From NCBI GenBank assembly GCA_038087875.1, contig JAXLNO010001373.1, positions 1 to 64,000 of the forward strand: a stretch of 64,000 bases of DNA, written 5' to 3'. A program made the position numbers and the translations under genes. The notes under the pieces are model-generated. The model made no database searches. It had not been told where the DNA came from and saw nothing but the letters and a program-made list of their open reading frames with translations. This document shows positions 23,208 to 34,826 of this stretch, one piece after another (position 1 is the first letter of the stretch; the number at the start of each line of letters is the position of its first letter). Origin of the DNA: Malacoraja senta. Taxonomy: Eukaryota.

Positions 23208-25021
23208 GCAACCATTTAAAAACCAAGACAAACTATTTTGCAAACATTTTACAACCAATACATGTTCTGAAAACATTTTTTCAGAAGCAAGACAATGAAT
23301 TTTGCAAACATTTTACAACCAAGACATTTTCTGCAACCATTTAAAAAGCCAAGATAAACAATTTTGCAAACATTTTACAACCAATACATTTTCTGAAAAC
23401 ATTTTTTTAGAAGCAAGACAAACAATTTTGCAAACATTTTACAACCAATACATTTTCTGCAACCATTTTAAAAGCCAAGACAAACAATTTTGCAAACATT
23501 TTACAAACAATACATTTTCTGAAAACATTTTTTCAAAAGCAAGACAAACAATTTTGCAAACATTTCACAACCAATACATTTTCTGCAACCATTTTAAAAT
23601 CCAAGACAAACAATTTTGCAAACATTTTACAACCAATACATTTTCTGAAAACATTTTTTAGAAGCAAGACAAACAATTTTGCAAACATTTTACAACCAAT
23701 ACATTTTCTGCAACCATTTAAAAAGCGAAGACAAACAATTTTGCAAACATTTTACAAACAATACATTTTCTGAAAACATTTTTTCAAAAGCAAGACAAAC
23801 AATTTTGCAAACATTTTACAACCAAGACATTTTCTGCAACCATTTAAAAAGCCAAGATAAACAATTTTGCAAACATTTTACAACCAATACATTTTCTGAA
23901 AACATTTTTTTAGAAGCAAGACAAACAATTTTGCAAACATTTTACAACCAATACATTTTCTGCAACCATTTTAAAAGCCAAGACAAACAATTTTGCAAAC
24001 ATTTTACAAACAATACATTTTCTGAAAACATTTTTTCAAAAGCAAGACAAACAATTTTGCAAACATTTCACAACCAATACATTTTCTGCAACCATTTTAA
24101 AATCCAAGACAAACAATTTTGCAAACATTTTACAACCAATACATTTTCTGAAAACATTTTTTAGAAGCAAGACAAACAATTTTGCAAACATTTTACAACC
24201 AATACATTTTCTGCAACCATTTAAAAAGCGAAGACAAACAATTTTGCAAACATTTTACAAACAATACATTTTCTGAAAACATTTTTTCAAAAGCAAGACA
24301 AACAATTTTGCAAACATTTTACAACCAATACATTTTCTGCAACCATTTTAAAAGCCAAGACAAACAAATTTGCAAACATTTTACAACCAATACATTTTCT
24401 GAAAACATTTTTTCAAAAGCAAGACAAACAATTTTGCAAACATTTTACAACCAATACATTTTCTGCAACCATTTAAAAAGCCATGACAAACAATTTTGCA
24501 AACATTTTACAACCAATACATTTTCTGGAAACATTTTTTTAGAAGCAAGACAAACAATTTTGCAAACATTTTACAACCAATACATTTTCTGCAACCATTT
24601 TAAAAGCCAAGACAAACAATTTTGCAAACATTTTACAAACAATACATTTTCTGAAACCATTTTTTCAAAAGCAAGACAAACAATTTTGCAAACAATTTAC
24701 AACCAATACATTTTCTGCAACCATTTTAAAAGCCAAGACAAACAATTTTGCAAACATTTTACAACCAATACATTTTCTGAAAACAGTTTTTTAAAAGCAA
24801 GACAAACAATTTTGCAAACATTTTACAACCAATACATTTTCTGCAACCATTTTAAAAGTGAAGACAAACAATTTTGCAAACATTTTACAAACAATACATT
24901 TTCTGAAACATTTTTTCAAAAGCAAGGCAAACAATTTTGCAAACATTTTATAACCAATACATTTTCTGAAAAAAACTTTTTTAGAAGCAAGACAAACAAT
25001 TTTGCAAACGTTTTACAACCA
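23208..25021. repeat. AT-rich satellite: about 63-bp monomer, 126-bp dimer, 503-bp higher-order repeat
   Basis: CAAGACAAACAATTTTGCAAACATTTTACAACCAATACATTTTCTG core with two alternating linkers. Diagnostic variants recur at 503-bp spacing (23302/23805; 23679/24182). Confidence 0.92.
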
Positions 25022-25031
25022 CATCAAGGGG

Positions 25032-25146
25032 ACTCACCGTTGAGTAGACATGCGTTCAGTGTTATTCACAGCTCAGGGAGCCATGACCCTCTCGCTTCCT
25101 CCATCTCGCAGAGACTGAGTGAGGCACGACACTTCCGAGTTTTATA
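25032..25146 (-). promoter_or_regulatory. TATA box, ETS-like site, Inr and donor cassette (copy 3)
   Basis: On the minus strand: TATAAAA 25146-25140, TCGGAAGT 25138-25131, TCAGTCT with A at 25116, GTGAGT 25037-25032. Confidence 0.55.
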
Positions 25147-25529
25147 GTCCCTCCCCCCTGCCACCAGCAGGGGCAGCAGAGTATCTTTGATTTTTAATCG
25201 ATGGGAAACATCCTCTGGTCCAGCACAGCGGAGGGGGACTCTGAGCGAGGAGGCCAAACATCACGGCCGCAAGTGGCGGCATTCTTTCAGAAATCACGAA
25301 ACAGAAAGTCAGAAAGTGGTCAAGATGTTAGTTTTAGTAATACAGATTATTTTGATTTTAACATAAAATACAAAATTTATGAAGCTTGCAGTTAAAAATA
25401 TAAAAAAATTGGCAGTTACTGAAAGTGAAGAAGAATGTTTGCAGCCACTGGAGGGCAGCACTGGATTGTCCATTGATTGGGTGGCATGTGGAATTCAATC
25501 CAGAGAAGTGTGAAGTGATAGACGGACAC

Positions 25530-25960
25530 AACATGCTGGAGTAACTCAGTGGGTCAGGCAGCATCTCTGGAGAAAAGGATCGGTGTCATTTCAGGTCGAG
25601 GTCCTTCTTCAGACCAACTTCAGACCTTCTTCGTGTCTGAAGAAGGGTCTCGACCCAAAATGACATCTGTTCCTTTTCTCCAGAGATGCTTCTGACTTGC
25701 TGATTACCACAACATTTTGTGTCTCTTCAGTGTAAATCAGCATCTGCAGTTCCTTCCAACACTCTTTGTCTGTTCCACTGTGAAATCTCCTCACGGTATG
25801 CCTATTTCAAAGAGGTTCTCCTCTGATGGGAGTTCTGCAACACCCTTTCTCGATGCTACTCCTCTGTGGCTCTGAAGAAGGGTCTCAACCTGAAATGTCA
25901 CCTATTCCTTTTCTCCAGAGTTGCTGAGTTACTCCAGCATTTTGTGTCTACCTTCGGTGT
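25530..25960. repeat. Cluster of Penelope-derived short repeats, including an inverted pair
   Basis: 25530-25615 (-) and 25635-25745 (+) are inverted copies about 20 nt apart; a third copy lies at 25870-25960. Confidence 0.7.
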
Positions 25961-26859
25961 AAACCAGATTCTACAATTCCTTCCTATACACAGTGAAGTG
26001 ATAGATTTTGGGCAGGGCCAACTTGGTTAGCTCCTTCTAGGCATTCTGGATCAGAGCACACCACCACTCCTTTGGGATTGGCATTAGAGAGCAACTGGAC
26101 ACTGGAAGATCCTGAAAAGATAAGACTATTGTTTAAAGTCTGGTGAGTAAAGGCAACTCTGGCAGGAATGATAGATTGGGATACATGAATAATTAATTTA
26201 CATATAACACCAAACGATGTTCAAAAAATAGCCTTGTGATGACATGCATTAAGAAGATAGAGTGGTTTGATATTGATGAATCTAAAATATATGTCGACAT
26301 ATTTTCCCACAATAAATTCCATCTTCCATACAATGCCTCTGCCTGTATCATTGTAATTTGCATGACATCCTCTGCTTCCTAATTCAGTCGTGTCTGTAAA
26401 CATGGAACATCATGTGAACAAGTGTGAACATCATCCGGTCGCTGTCTAAACTATGAACTGAGTTTCACTCGCCACTTTGCTGTCTGACCCGCTAAATGCT
26501 TCCAGGATTTTCCGTCAGATCTGATTTTGCTTTTATATATAACTCTGAATTCTCCCATCTGGTTAAAAGTGCAGGTCCCTCAGGATTACCAAGGATTGCC
26601 ATTTGACACACTCAACAAATCATGGAACCTCTCTGTCTCTTATTTTACAAAGTTACCTCATATTTTGTGTGCTCACATTTTTGGAACCTAATGAAATCCT
26701 TCCTGCAAATTAAATGGAGGCAATATCCACAAATGTTTCATCATCATCATCACTGACAATGAGGGAGAAGTTGTCGTCTTCAAGCCATATTACTGAGCTC
26801 TCTATCTCCTTCCCCTAAGTCTGTGAAAAAGACTGTGATAGCTGACAAGAGTCTCAACT

Positions 26860-26945
26860 GTTCATGTACCAAGTCTCACATTTCTGCTCTCAATCCCACC
26901 CAGAACAAGGATAGGGTTCCCCTTGTCCTCATTTCCCACCTGTCA
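26860..26945 (+). mobile_element. Penelope-like ORF remnant
   Basis: NKDRVPLVL.H resembles the conserved motif between RT and GIY-YIG in Penelope-like elements. Confidence 0.45.
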
Positions 26946-27009
26946 GTTCCACATTGTTAATGAGGGTTTTCCCACAGAGCAATTGTGGCAAAGGACATTG
27001 GCTTAGAAT

Positions 27010-29310
27010 AACACTCGTACTCTTTTAAATATTATTCATTCAACACATTCTGATAATTTACCTGAGATTGTAATCTCATTAGATGCTGAGAAGGCATTCG
27101 ATAGGGTTGAGTGGGGGTACCTATTTGGTATTGAAGAAATTTGGTTTTGGAGATAAATTTATCAGTTGGGTAAGATTACTGTATGCATCGCCACAAGCTA
27201 GTGTTCAAACAAATGATATTCGTTCTGAATACTTTGCATTAGAACATGGGACACGTCAGAGCTGTCCTTTATCTCCATTTCTCTTCGCTTTGGCTATTGA
27301 ACCACTGGCCATTTCTTTAAGGTCCTCCACGGCCCATAAAGGTGTTATTCGTAACAGTGTCGAATTTCGTTTATCTCTGCATGCGGATGATTTGTTGCTG
27401 TATGTCACTGATCCTGCATCTTGTCTTCCGGGTATTCTATCTATTCTGTATAGTTTTCGTTCTTTTTCAGGATATAAACTAAATCTTCAAAAAAGTGAAT
27501 GTTACCCCATTAACGCAGCAGGTTTGCAACTTCACGAAGCTGATTTGCCCTTTAAAATCACTCGTTCTGGATTCATGTATCTTGGCATCAATGTGACGCG
27601 TACATTCTCAGGTCTTTTGTCTGCTAACTTTACCCTGCTCATGACTAAAGTGAAATCTGATTTTCAGAGATGGAATAATCTGCCTCTCTCTTTAATTGGG
27701 AAGATTAATGTTATTAAAATGAATGTTTTGCCTACATTTCTTTATTTGTTTCAATCAATTCCCTTATTCTTACCAAAACAGTTTTTTGACTCCTTAGACA
27801 AAATTATTAGCTCTTTTATTTGGGATGCGAAGCCCCCGAGGGTCCGTAAATCACTACTCCAACCATGTAAGTTCAGTGGTGGTCTCGCTTTACCGAACTT
27901 TCAAATCTACTACAGGGCTACACACATTCATAAAATACATTGTTGGGTTGATTTTCCTTATTTAGCTTGGTGCGAACTGGAAGCCTGCTCTTGCCCTCCT
28001 TCATCCTCTATATCTGCTCTTGTATATTTCTCTCTTCCAACTAAGATTTAATTGTTTATCAAAAATCCTGTTGTGCTCAATACTTTAAAGATTTGGCATC
28101 AATTCAGGAAACATTTCAAATTTGTAGCTGCATCTGCTTTAGGTCCATTATGTAACAATCACCTGTTTCCTCCCTCACATTTGGATTCCGTTTTTATCGG
28201 TATGGCATAACAAAGGTATACAATGTTTTCTTGATCTGTTTTCAGATGGTATATTTAACAGCTTTACCAATTTATCATCATTGTATGGTTTACCAGCAAA
28301 TCCATTTTTTAGGTACTTCCAAGTTAGACACTTTGTTTCTAAATGTTTTTCTAATTTTCCCTCTTCACCTCCACGACAAATATGGGATTGTTTGTTTACT
28401 TTCAAGACAACAAAGGGATTGTTTCAGAGATGTATAACCGCATTCTGGATCTTTACGATCAGTCCAACTCTAAAACAAGGGCTGCTTGGGAGGAAGAGCT
28501 GGGACTTCAACTTACTGAGGAGTGGTGGGATAACGTTGTGGGTGGGCTATGTACTGTCATGTCTTGCGCCCGTCTTGCACTCATTCAGTTTAAGGTTATA
28601 CACAGGGTCCATTTTTCTAAATCAAGACTGTCTGGGATTTATCCAGAGGTGGAGGATAAATGTGATAGATGTTCGGGCCTACTGTCATCTGAGCCATGTT
28701 TTTCCTTTGTCCACGATGACATAATTTTGGTTCTGGCTATTTTAATATAATGTCTACCGTAATGGGAATATCTCTACAGCCCTGTCCATTGATTGCCATC
28801 TTTGGGGCCCCGGATGAGTCAGTTCGATTAAACTCTGTGCAAAAATAAATTATTATTTTTACATCTTTAATAGCCAGACGTCGCCTACTCCTACAGTGGA
28901 AATCTCCTAACCCACCCTCTGTGTCACAGTGGCTCAAAGATGCAGTGTTTTCTCTTAAACTTGCGAAAATTAAATATACATTGAGTGGATGTAATGATAA
29001 TTTAGTTTCACAAATGGCAACCTATTTTTATCATACTTTACAGACTTGCAGGTTCTGCCAGACTAAGGGCTGGTTTGTTAAATGTTGTTATGTGTAAGTG
29101 CACTCTTCACTCTTAATTAGCCAGGGTGGGGTGTGTGATTGATGGTATGGTTGCATTATATATATATGTATATTTTTCTATTTCTTTTATGTTTCTGTAT
29201 ATTTTTGTTTTTTTTCTTTTGTGTATTATTTGAGTGATTCTTATTAACATGTCCCATTTCTTTTTTTGTGTTGATTTATTTAAAATGAAAAAAGAAAAAG
29301 AAAAAAGAAA
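27010..29310 (+). mobile_element. 5'-truncated L1/Tx1 LINE (RT to 3' end)
   Basis: ISLDAEKAFDRVE, GTRQSCPLSPFLFAL, LHADDLLL, C-terminal HRVHFSK...CDRC; A-rich tail at 29282-29310. Confidence 0.88.
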
Positions 29311-30130
29311 AGCAGATTCCCACTAGTCACAGACGTCCACCCGGAATATCTTCCTTCCACACCCCTTTGTCTTCTTTGAATAAGCCATTTCTGAATGCAT
29401 ATGACCAAGTCATCGTGAATTCCAGACATCTTACATTTCTGGATCAGCTTACCATGAGAGAACTTATCAAAAGCCTTAAGGGCCTGTCCCACGGGCATGC
29501 GACTCCATGCGGCAAGCGTGACCTAACCGGAAGCGGGGGCCACGCGGATGTTGAGTGATCCCCGTACAGGGCCTGGCCCACGAACATGCGGCTGCATGCG
29601 GCGAGCGCCACCATACCGGAAGCGGGGGCCGTGCGAAGGTCGAGTGACGTCAAGACGGTGCGTACGGCGTCGAGGCGGTGCGCACGGCCTCGATGCGGCT
29701 GCGTACGGCATTGAGGCTGTGCGCACGGCCTCGAGGCGGCTGCGTACGGCGTCGAGGCGGAGCGCACGGCCGTCGAGGCGGTGCGCACGGCCTCGATGCG
29801 GCTGCGTACGGCATTGAGGCTGTGCGCACGGCCTCGATACGGCTGCGGGGTGGCAGGCCGTTGCCGCGCGGAATTTATGAACAGTGTCAGTTTTTCGGAG
29901 CCCCGGGCGATGTCGGGACCAGCTCCATATGGCTCCGGCGATCGAAGTGGGACCGGCCCCGCGACCTCCGCGCGGCCCCCGCTTCCGGTTAGGTCGCGCT
30001 TGCCGCATGGAGTTGCATGCCCGTGGGACAGGCCCTTTACTAAAAATCCATGTCTACAACATCCACTGCCTAACCATCAGTTAATAGTGCAACTCCTCCA
30101 ATGCATTTAACTCTCTCTACCACATCTGAA
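29311..30130 (-). mobile_element. Decayed CR1 RT fragment interrupted by a Harbinger MITE
   Basis: Joining the MITE flanks restores DVVDMDF.KAFDK.SHG. Confidence 0.7.
29479..30036. mobile_element. PIF/Harbinger-type MITE (558 bp)
   Basis: About 70-bp TIRs (AGGGCCTGTCCCACGGGCATGC...), 3-bp TSD TTA at 29476-29478 and 30037-30039, GC-rich internal tandem repeats. Confidence 0.88.
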
Positions 30131-30174
30131 ACATGAAAAAAACGTGAACGTGGAGAGAGAGAGAGAGAGAGATC

Positions 30175-31870
30175 TTTTTATTTTATTTTCAATTATATTT
30201 TTTATTAGAAGCAAATAACATATTATGGTTCATGTATATCAATCATACATCATTAATATTATCAATTGTGGATTGATTCTGCGTCAACTTTTTTTTTATA
30301 GATAGAAAGTAAGAAAGAAAGAGAGAAAAAATAACACAAATGTCAAGATTAAAAAAAAAGAGTGGAATAATTTACTCATAATACATCATTGGAGATAGGT
30401 TCGTAGGTTATAAAGTATGACTTTGCATCTAATCCTAAGTTCAAGCTTCAATTAGGTACCCGTGCCGAACTTATCTACCCCTTCAAATAGTCAATGAATG
30501 GAGACCATATTCTAACAAAATGTTCTTGTTTGTCCATTAAGACAAGTCTGATTCTTTCCAGGTGTAGGGTCTCCGACATTTCCATAATCCACATTTTAAT
30601 TATGGGGGTTATAGGACCTTTCCAAAATTTTAATATGAATTTTTCCCCAGTTATTATACTGTAGTCTAGGAAGTTTCTTTGGCTTGTTGTGAGTGTTAGA
30701 CTTTGTTCTGATATTCCAAGTATTATTAGTTTTGGGTCGGGATCCAATTTAGTATTGACAATTTCAGAAATTATTCTAAAAATATCTATCCAGAAATTTT
30801 TAATTTTTATACAATTTGCAAAAGTATGTGTTAAGTTAGCCTCTAGATGCTGACATTTATCACAAATAGGAGAGATATGTGGGAAAATTCTATTTAGTTT
30901 TGCTTTCGAATAATGTAATCTGTGTAATACTTTAAATTGTATTAAAGCATGTCTGGCATTTAACGAGCATTGATGTATATATTGTAGACTTTCGTCCCAA
31001 ATATCTTTCGTTATAGGTTGGCCTAATTCATTTTCCCATGTGTGTCTATATGATTCCATCGATGGGACCTCATTATCTAAGAGTGTGTTATAAATATAAG
31101 TCATTAATTTTTCTGTATTAGGATGTTTATTCAAATATTCGTCAAGGATTTCTGGTTACCTAGTCCTATAATTTTGTGTATTGGATTTAACATAATCTCT
31201 AAGTTGTAGATATCTGAAAAAATTATTTGAGTGTAGTCCGTAGATCTGTTGTAACTCCTGAAATGAAAGAAAAGTGCCTTTCCTATAAAGATGTCCCATC
31301 TTTTTATTTCCATAATTTTTCCATTGTGTGAAACCTTTATCCAATATGGAAGGTTTGAATAAAGGATTGTTTACAATGGGAGAATAAAGTGATATATTAT
31401 CCAATTTTAATAGTATACCACTATGTATTATAGGGTTTTCCCAATAATTTTTTTGTGTGCAATTTTGTGGGAGAAAACATAATCGCACCAATTTCAAAAG
31501 GCAAACAGTCTTCCTTTTCCATCCTTAGCCAATCTGGTTGCTCATCCATTTCTTCCAGCCAGAAATTCATGTTTTTAATATGAACTGCCCAAAAATAAAA
31601 CAAAAAATTTGGCAAAGCTAAACCTCCATTTATCTTTGATTTACATAAATGTTTTTTGCTTATTCTATGATTCTTATAATCCCAGATGAAATTTATAACA
31701 ATGGAATTGACTTAAAAAAAAAAATTGGGGATATATGTCAGAATTGATTGAAATAGGTACAGTAATTGCAGTAAAAAAAATCATTTTTATAGCATTAATT
31801 CTACCAGACATTGAAATGGGAAGTGTTTTCCAATACTGAATATTCTTATGTAGTTTATTCTATGATCTTT
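30175..31870 (-). mobile_element. 5'-truncated L1/Tx1 LINE
   Basis: ORF2 C-terminal fragments (GGLALPNF...; HALIQFKVLHRLHYSK...CDKCQ); T-rich tail at left. Confidence 0.85.
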
Positions 31871-31899
31871 GATTGTCCAAAAGCGGCAAATGAAAATTA

Positions 31900-32105
31900 A
31901 ACGTTATCGGCGTCGCGTATTTGGCTTTCCGGCATTGCCCCCGTTCGGGTATTTGGGTTTTCGGCGTCGAGTCCAGTAGGTTATTTGGTTTTTCGGCGTC
32001 GCGTCCGTTCTGTTATTTGGCTTTTCAGCGTTGTGTCCGTTCGGTTATTTGGTTTTTTGACATCATATCCGTTCGGTTATCTGGCTTTTCGGCGTCATTT
32101 CCACT
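31900..32105. repeat. About 30-bp degenerate minisatellite (GTTATTTGGTTTTCGGCGTCGCGTCCGTTC)
   Basis: Six to seven imperfect tandem units. Confidence 0.7.
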
Positions 32106-32189
32106 TCTTTGCTTCGGCTTCTCGTCCTTCGATGCCCCGTCTGCACACACTATGTTCTATGTGCTAAATATCTCTGCCATTGGCCCAGC

Positions 32190-33700
32190 AATTTCTTCCT
32201 TATCTTTCCACGGTCCAAGGATACATTTGATCAGACTCCAGGGCTTTATTCACTTCAATAAGCTTTAAGACTGCAAACACCTCCACTTTGTAATGTAGAT
32301 ATGTTCCAGGATTCACCATTCATTTCCCTTAATTCCCCAGTGTCTATAGCTTTCCCCATAGTAAATATCAATAAGAAATATTCCTTTATTACCTCACCCA
32401 TTGCCTGTGGCTCCACATGTAAGACAATCACATTGATCCTTATGGACAACTATTCTTTCCCTAATTACTCTTTTTTAGTTTACTTGTAGAATCTCTCAAG
32501 TTTCCCCTTTATCTCATCTGCCAGATCTATGTCCTGTCATCTTTGTGTCCTCCTGATTTCACTCTAAAGTGTATTCCTACGTCTTCTATACTGCTTAAGG
32601 GATTTGAGTGATCCCAGCTGACATGTGCCTTTCTCCTGATCAGAGTCCCAATATCCCTCCTCAGAGCTTCAGAACTAGCCTTGCCCCAATTTAGGATTTT
32701 GACTTGTGGACCAGTCCTATCTTTTCCCATAACTATTTAAAAACATGATGGAATTATGGTCATTCTCCCAAACTGCCCTCCCCCACTGACACTTCAGTCA
32801 CTTGTCCTGCCTCATTTCTCAATAAGCGATCTAATGTTGACCTCTCTCTCATAGGGGCATCTACGTATTGTTTGAGAAAACTTCCCTGGACACAGTTAGC
32901 AATTTATATCCCTTCCAAGCCCTTTGCATTATGACAGCACTAGTCAATGTGAAAGAAGTTGAAAGTTCTTGCTGTTACACCCTGTTTTTCTTACAACTGC
33001 ATCCTCCCTACATATCTCCCCAAAAGGAGCAGAATTGTACTGCAGATCAATCTTTGCCAATGGTCCACATCCAATACAAGAGCAATAGGCTTATAATGGT
33101 GGGCGATTTATACTTCTCCAATATTGACTGAGAGTGCATTAGTGCAAAGGGTTTAAATGGGGAAGAATTAGTAAAGTGAACCCGGGAGAGTGCAGCCAAA
33201 GTCCTATTAGCTGTACTGGACCTAATCTTGGGAAATAAGGCTGGGCTAATGGTAGCAGTGTCCCTGGAGCATGGAGACACAAGAGATGGCAGATACTTCA
33301 ATGTGGAGCAATAAACAAAATGTAGGGGGATCTCGGCAGATCAATCAACCACTTGTAAGGGAAATGCACAGTTGAGGTTTGGGGTCCAGACTGGTCCACA
33401 GATGCTGCCTGACAGGCTGCGTTCTTCCAAGGATTTTGCTTTTTATCAATGGATCATTTAGGAGATTGGTGTCATTTTGCTTTCAGTTTCAAGGCTGTTA
33501 TGGAAGGGGACAAAATTGCTGCGAAGGTCAAGGTCCTAAATTGGGGAAGCCCAATTTCAATAAGGCAGCACCTGGTGGAAGTAGATTGGGAGCATTTGGT
33601 TGTAGGTAGAACAACATACAAATACTGGGAGTCTTCTAATAGTGAGATTTGTGCAGTTTCAGAGCTAACGTTCTTAGGCACTTTGGAACACGGAGCCTAT
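32190..33700. mobile_element. Old CR1 fragments in both orientations
   Basis: KVKILNWGKA/GPQVKILNWGK and VGDLYFSNID CR1 ORF2 motifs, heavily decayed. Confidence 0.55.
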
Positions 33701-33714
33701 GCTGACCATTGATT

Positions 33715-33965
33715 ACCCGTTCACAGTAGTTCAATGTTATCCCACTTCTCATCAACTCCCTACATAATAGAGGCAATTTACAGAGGCCAACTAACCTACA
33801 AACTCGCACGTCTTTGGGATGTGGGAGGAGACCGGTGCACCTGGTGGAAACCCATGTGGTCACACAGGGAGAACATGCAAACGCCACACAGACAGCACCT
33901 GAGATCGGGATTGAAGCCGGGTCTCTGGCTCTGAGGCAGCAGTCTTCATGCACCAACGTGGCACC
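33715..33965 (-). mobile_element. tRNA-derived SINE, HE1/V-SINE-like
   Basis: Reverse-complement homolog of 10561-10800. Confidence 0.7.
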
Positions 33966-34224
33966 TACATTTGATGAAGTAAAGGGAAGCATTTGGCAGG
34001 CATAGGCAAATGAAAACAGGAGAGACACTTGCATATAAAGAGAGCAAAATACTACTTTTAAAAGAAATTAGGCGAGGAAAGGGACAACAAAAATATCACT
34101 GACAGTCAAAATTAAGAAGAATCCCAAGGATTGAACAACTGTATTAGAGTAAGAGGGTAACCAGGGAAAGAGTAGGAGCCAAGGAAAGTGAGGGCTGTTG
34201 CAAAGAACAATGGGGACCTGGCAT

Positions 34225-34795
34225 TGTGAATCTCTCGATTTCCTCTTACATCGGTTGTTTCGACAATAATCGACCGGACACCTGGGTTCGTTTAAACGTA
34301 CGTTTATTCAGCAGGAGTCTTTACACAGGTTAGCAACCAAGCAAAGAGTCAAGCTCTATGCCTTTATTCGTAATGCCTTATGTACTTTAATGCTACGGTT
34401 TATGCCTCCCACATTACCCAAACAAAGCAACAGACACATACGCAATGGTCAGGATAACAGGCACGTACATATTGGGAGATGTTATTTAGTAGAACAATAC
34501 TAGAGATAAGACAGGTACATTCCTCAGACTTCTGTGCGTGGCGGTTTGTATATTCCTCAGACTTCTGAGAGCCAGCCATCTCAGTCAGACGGGGGTGGTT
34601 AATACCATAGTCGCGAATATGCAGTAACAGCAGGACAATGTGTATTTCTCCTGACCACAACTTCCTGAAACCTGCAGTTACATATTCAGCAACTTTGGTC
34701 AGCAGACATTTTATGTTTTAATCCAGTCCACCTGGCCAAACCATTTTACCTTCCCAGAACAATCTTACAGCGTTTATTCAAGATTTACATTCACA
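34225..34795 (-). repeat. ERV 3' LTR
   Basis: About 11 substitutions versus 39223-39793 by manual count (about 98% identity). PPT (minus strand GGCAAAAGGGGGGAA) abuts at 34796-34810. Confidence 0.95.
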
Positions 34796-34826
34796 TTCCC
34801 CCCTTTTGCCATTCTTATGGCAACAC

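Larger units (their letters stand above)
14900..25346 (-). mobile_element. Large composite Helitron (minus strand) with nested insertions
   Basis: 3' end CTAG|T with hairpin at 14899-14928; 14900-15130 is homologous to the reverse complement of 7180-7414. 5' end A|TCTGTATTACTAAAAC at 25346, homologous to 5586. A co-oriented RepHel remnant lies inside. Continuity across three N-gaps is assumed. Confidence 0.55.

Noticed and set aside
23302-25147. Cys/His/Phe repeat ORFs resembling zinc fingers, and a CRISPR-like repeat-spacer look
   Set aside because: The 126-bp satellite is a multiple of 3 and has no C2H2 spacing. The linkers are two alternating variants, not unique spacers. The genome is eukaryotic and no cas genes are present.
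26676-26820. Minus-strand exon candidate after TTTTTCACAG
   Set aside because: All three frames hit stops early and no partner exon could be linked; it could only be a terminal or non-coding exon.
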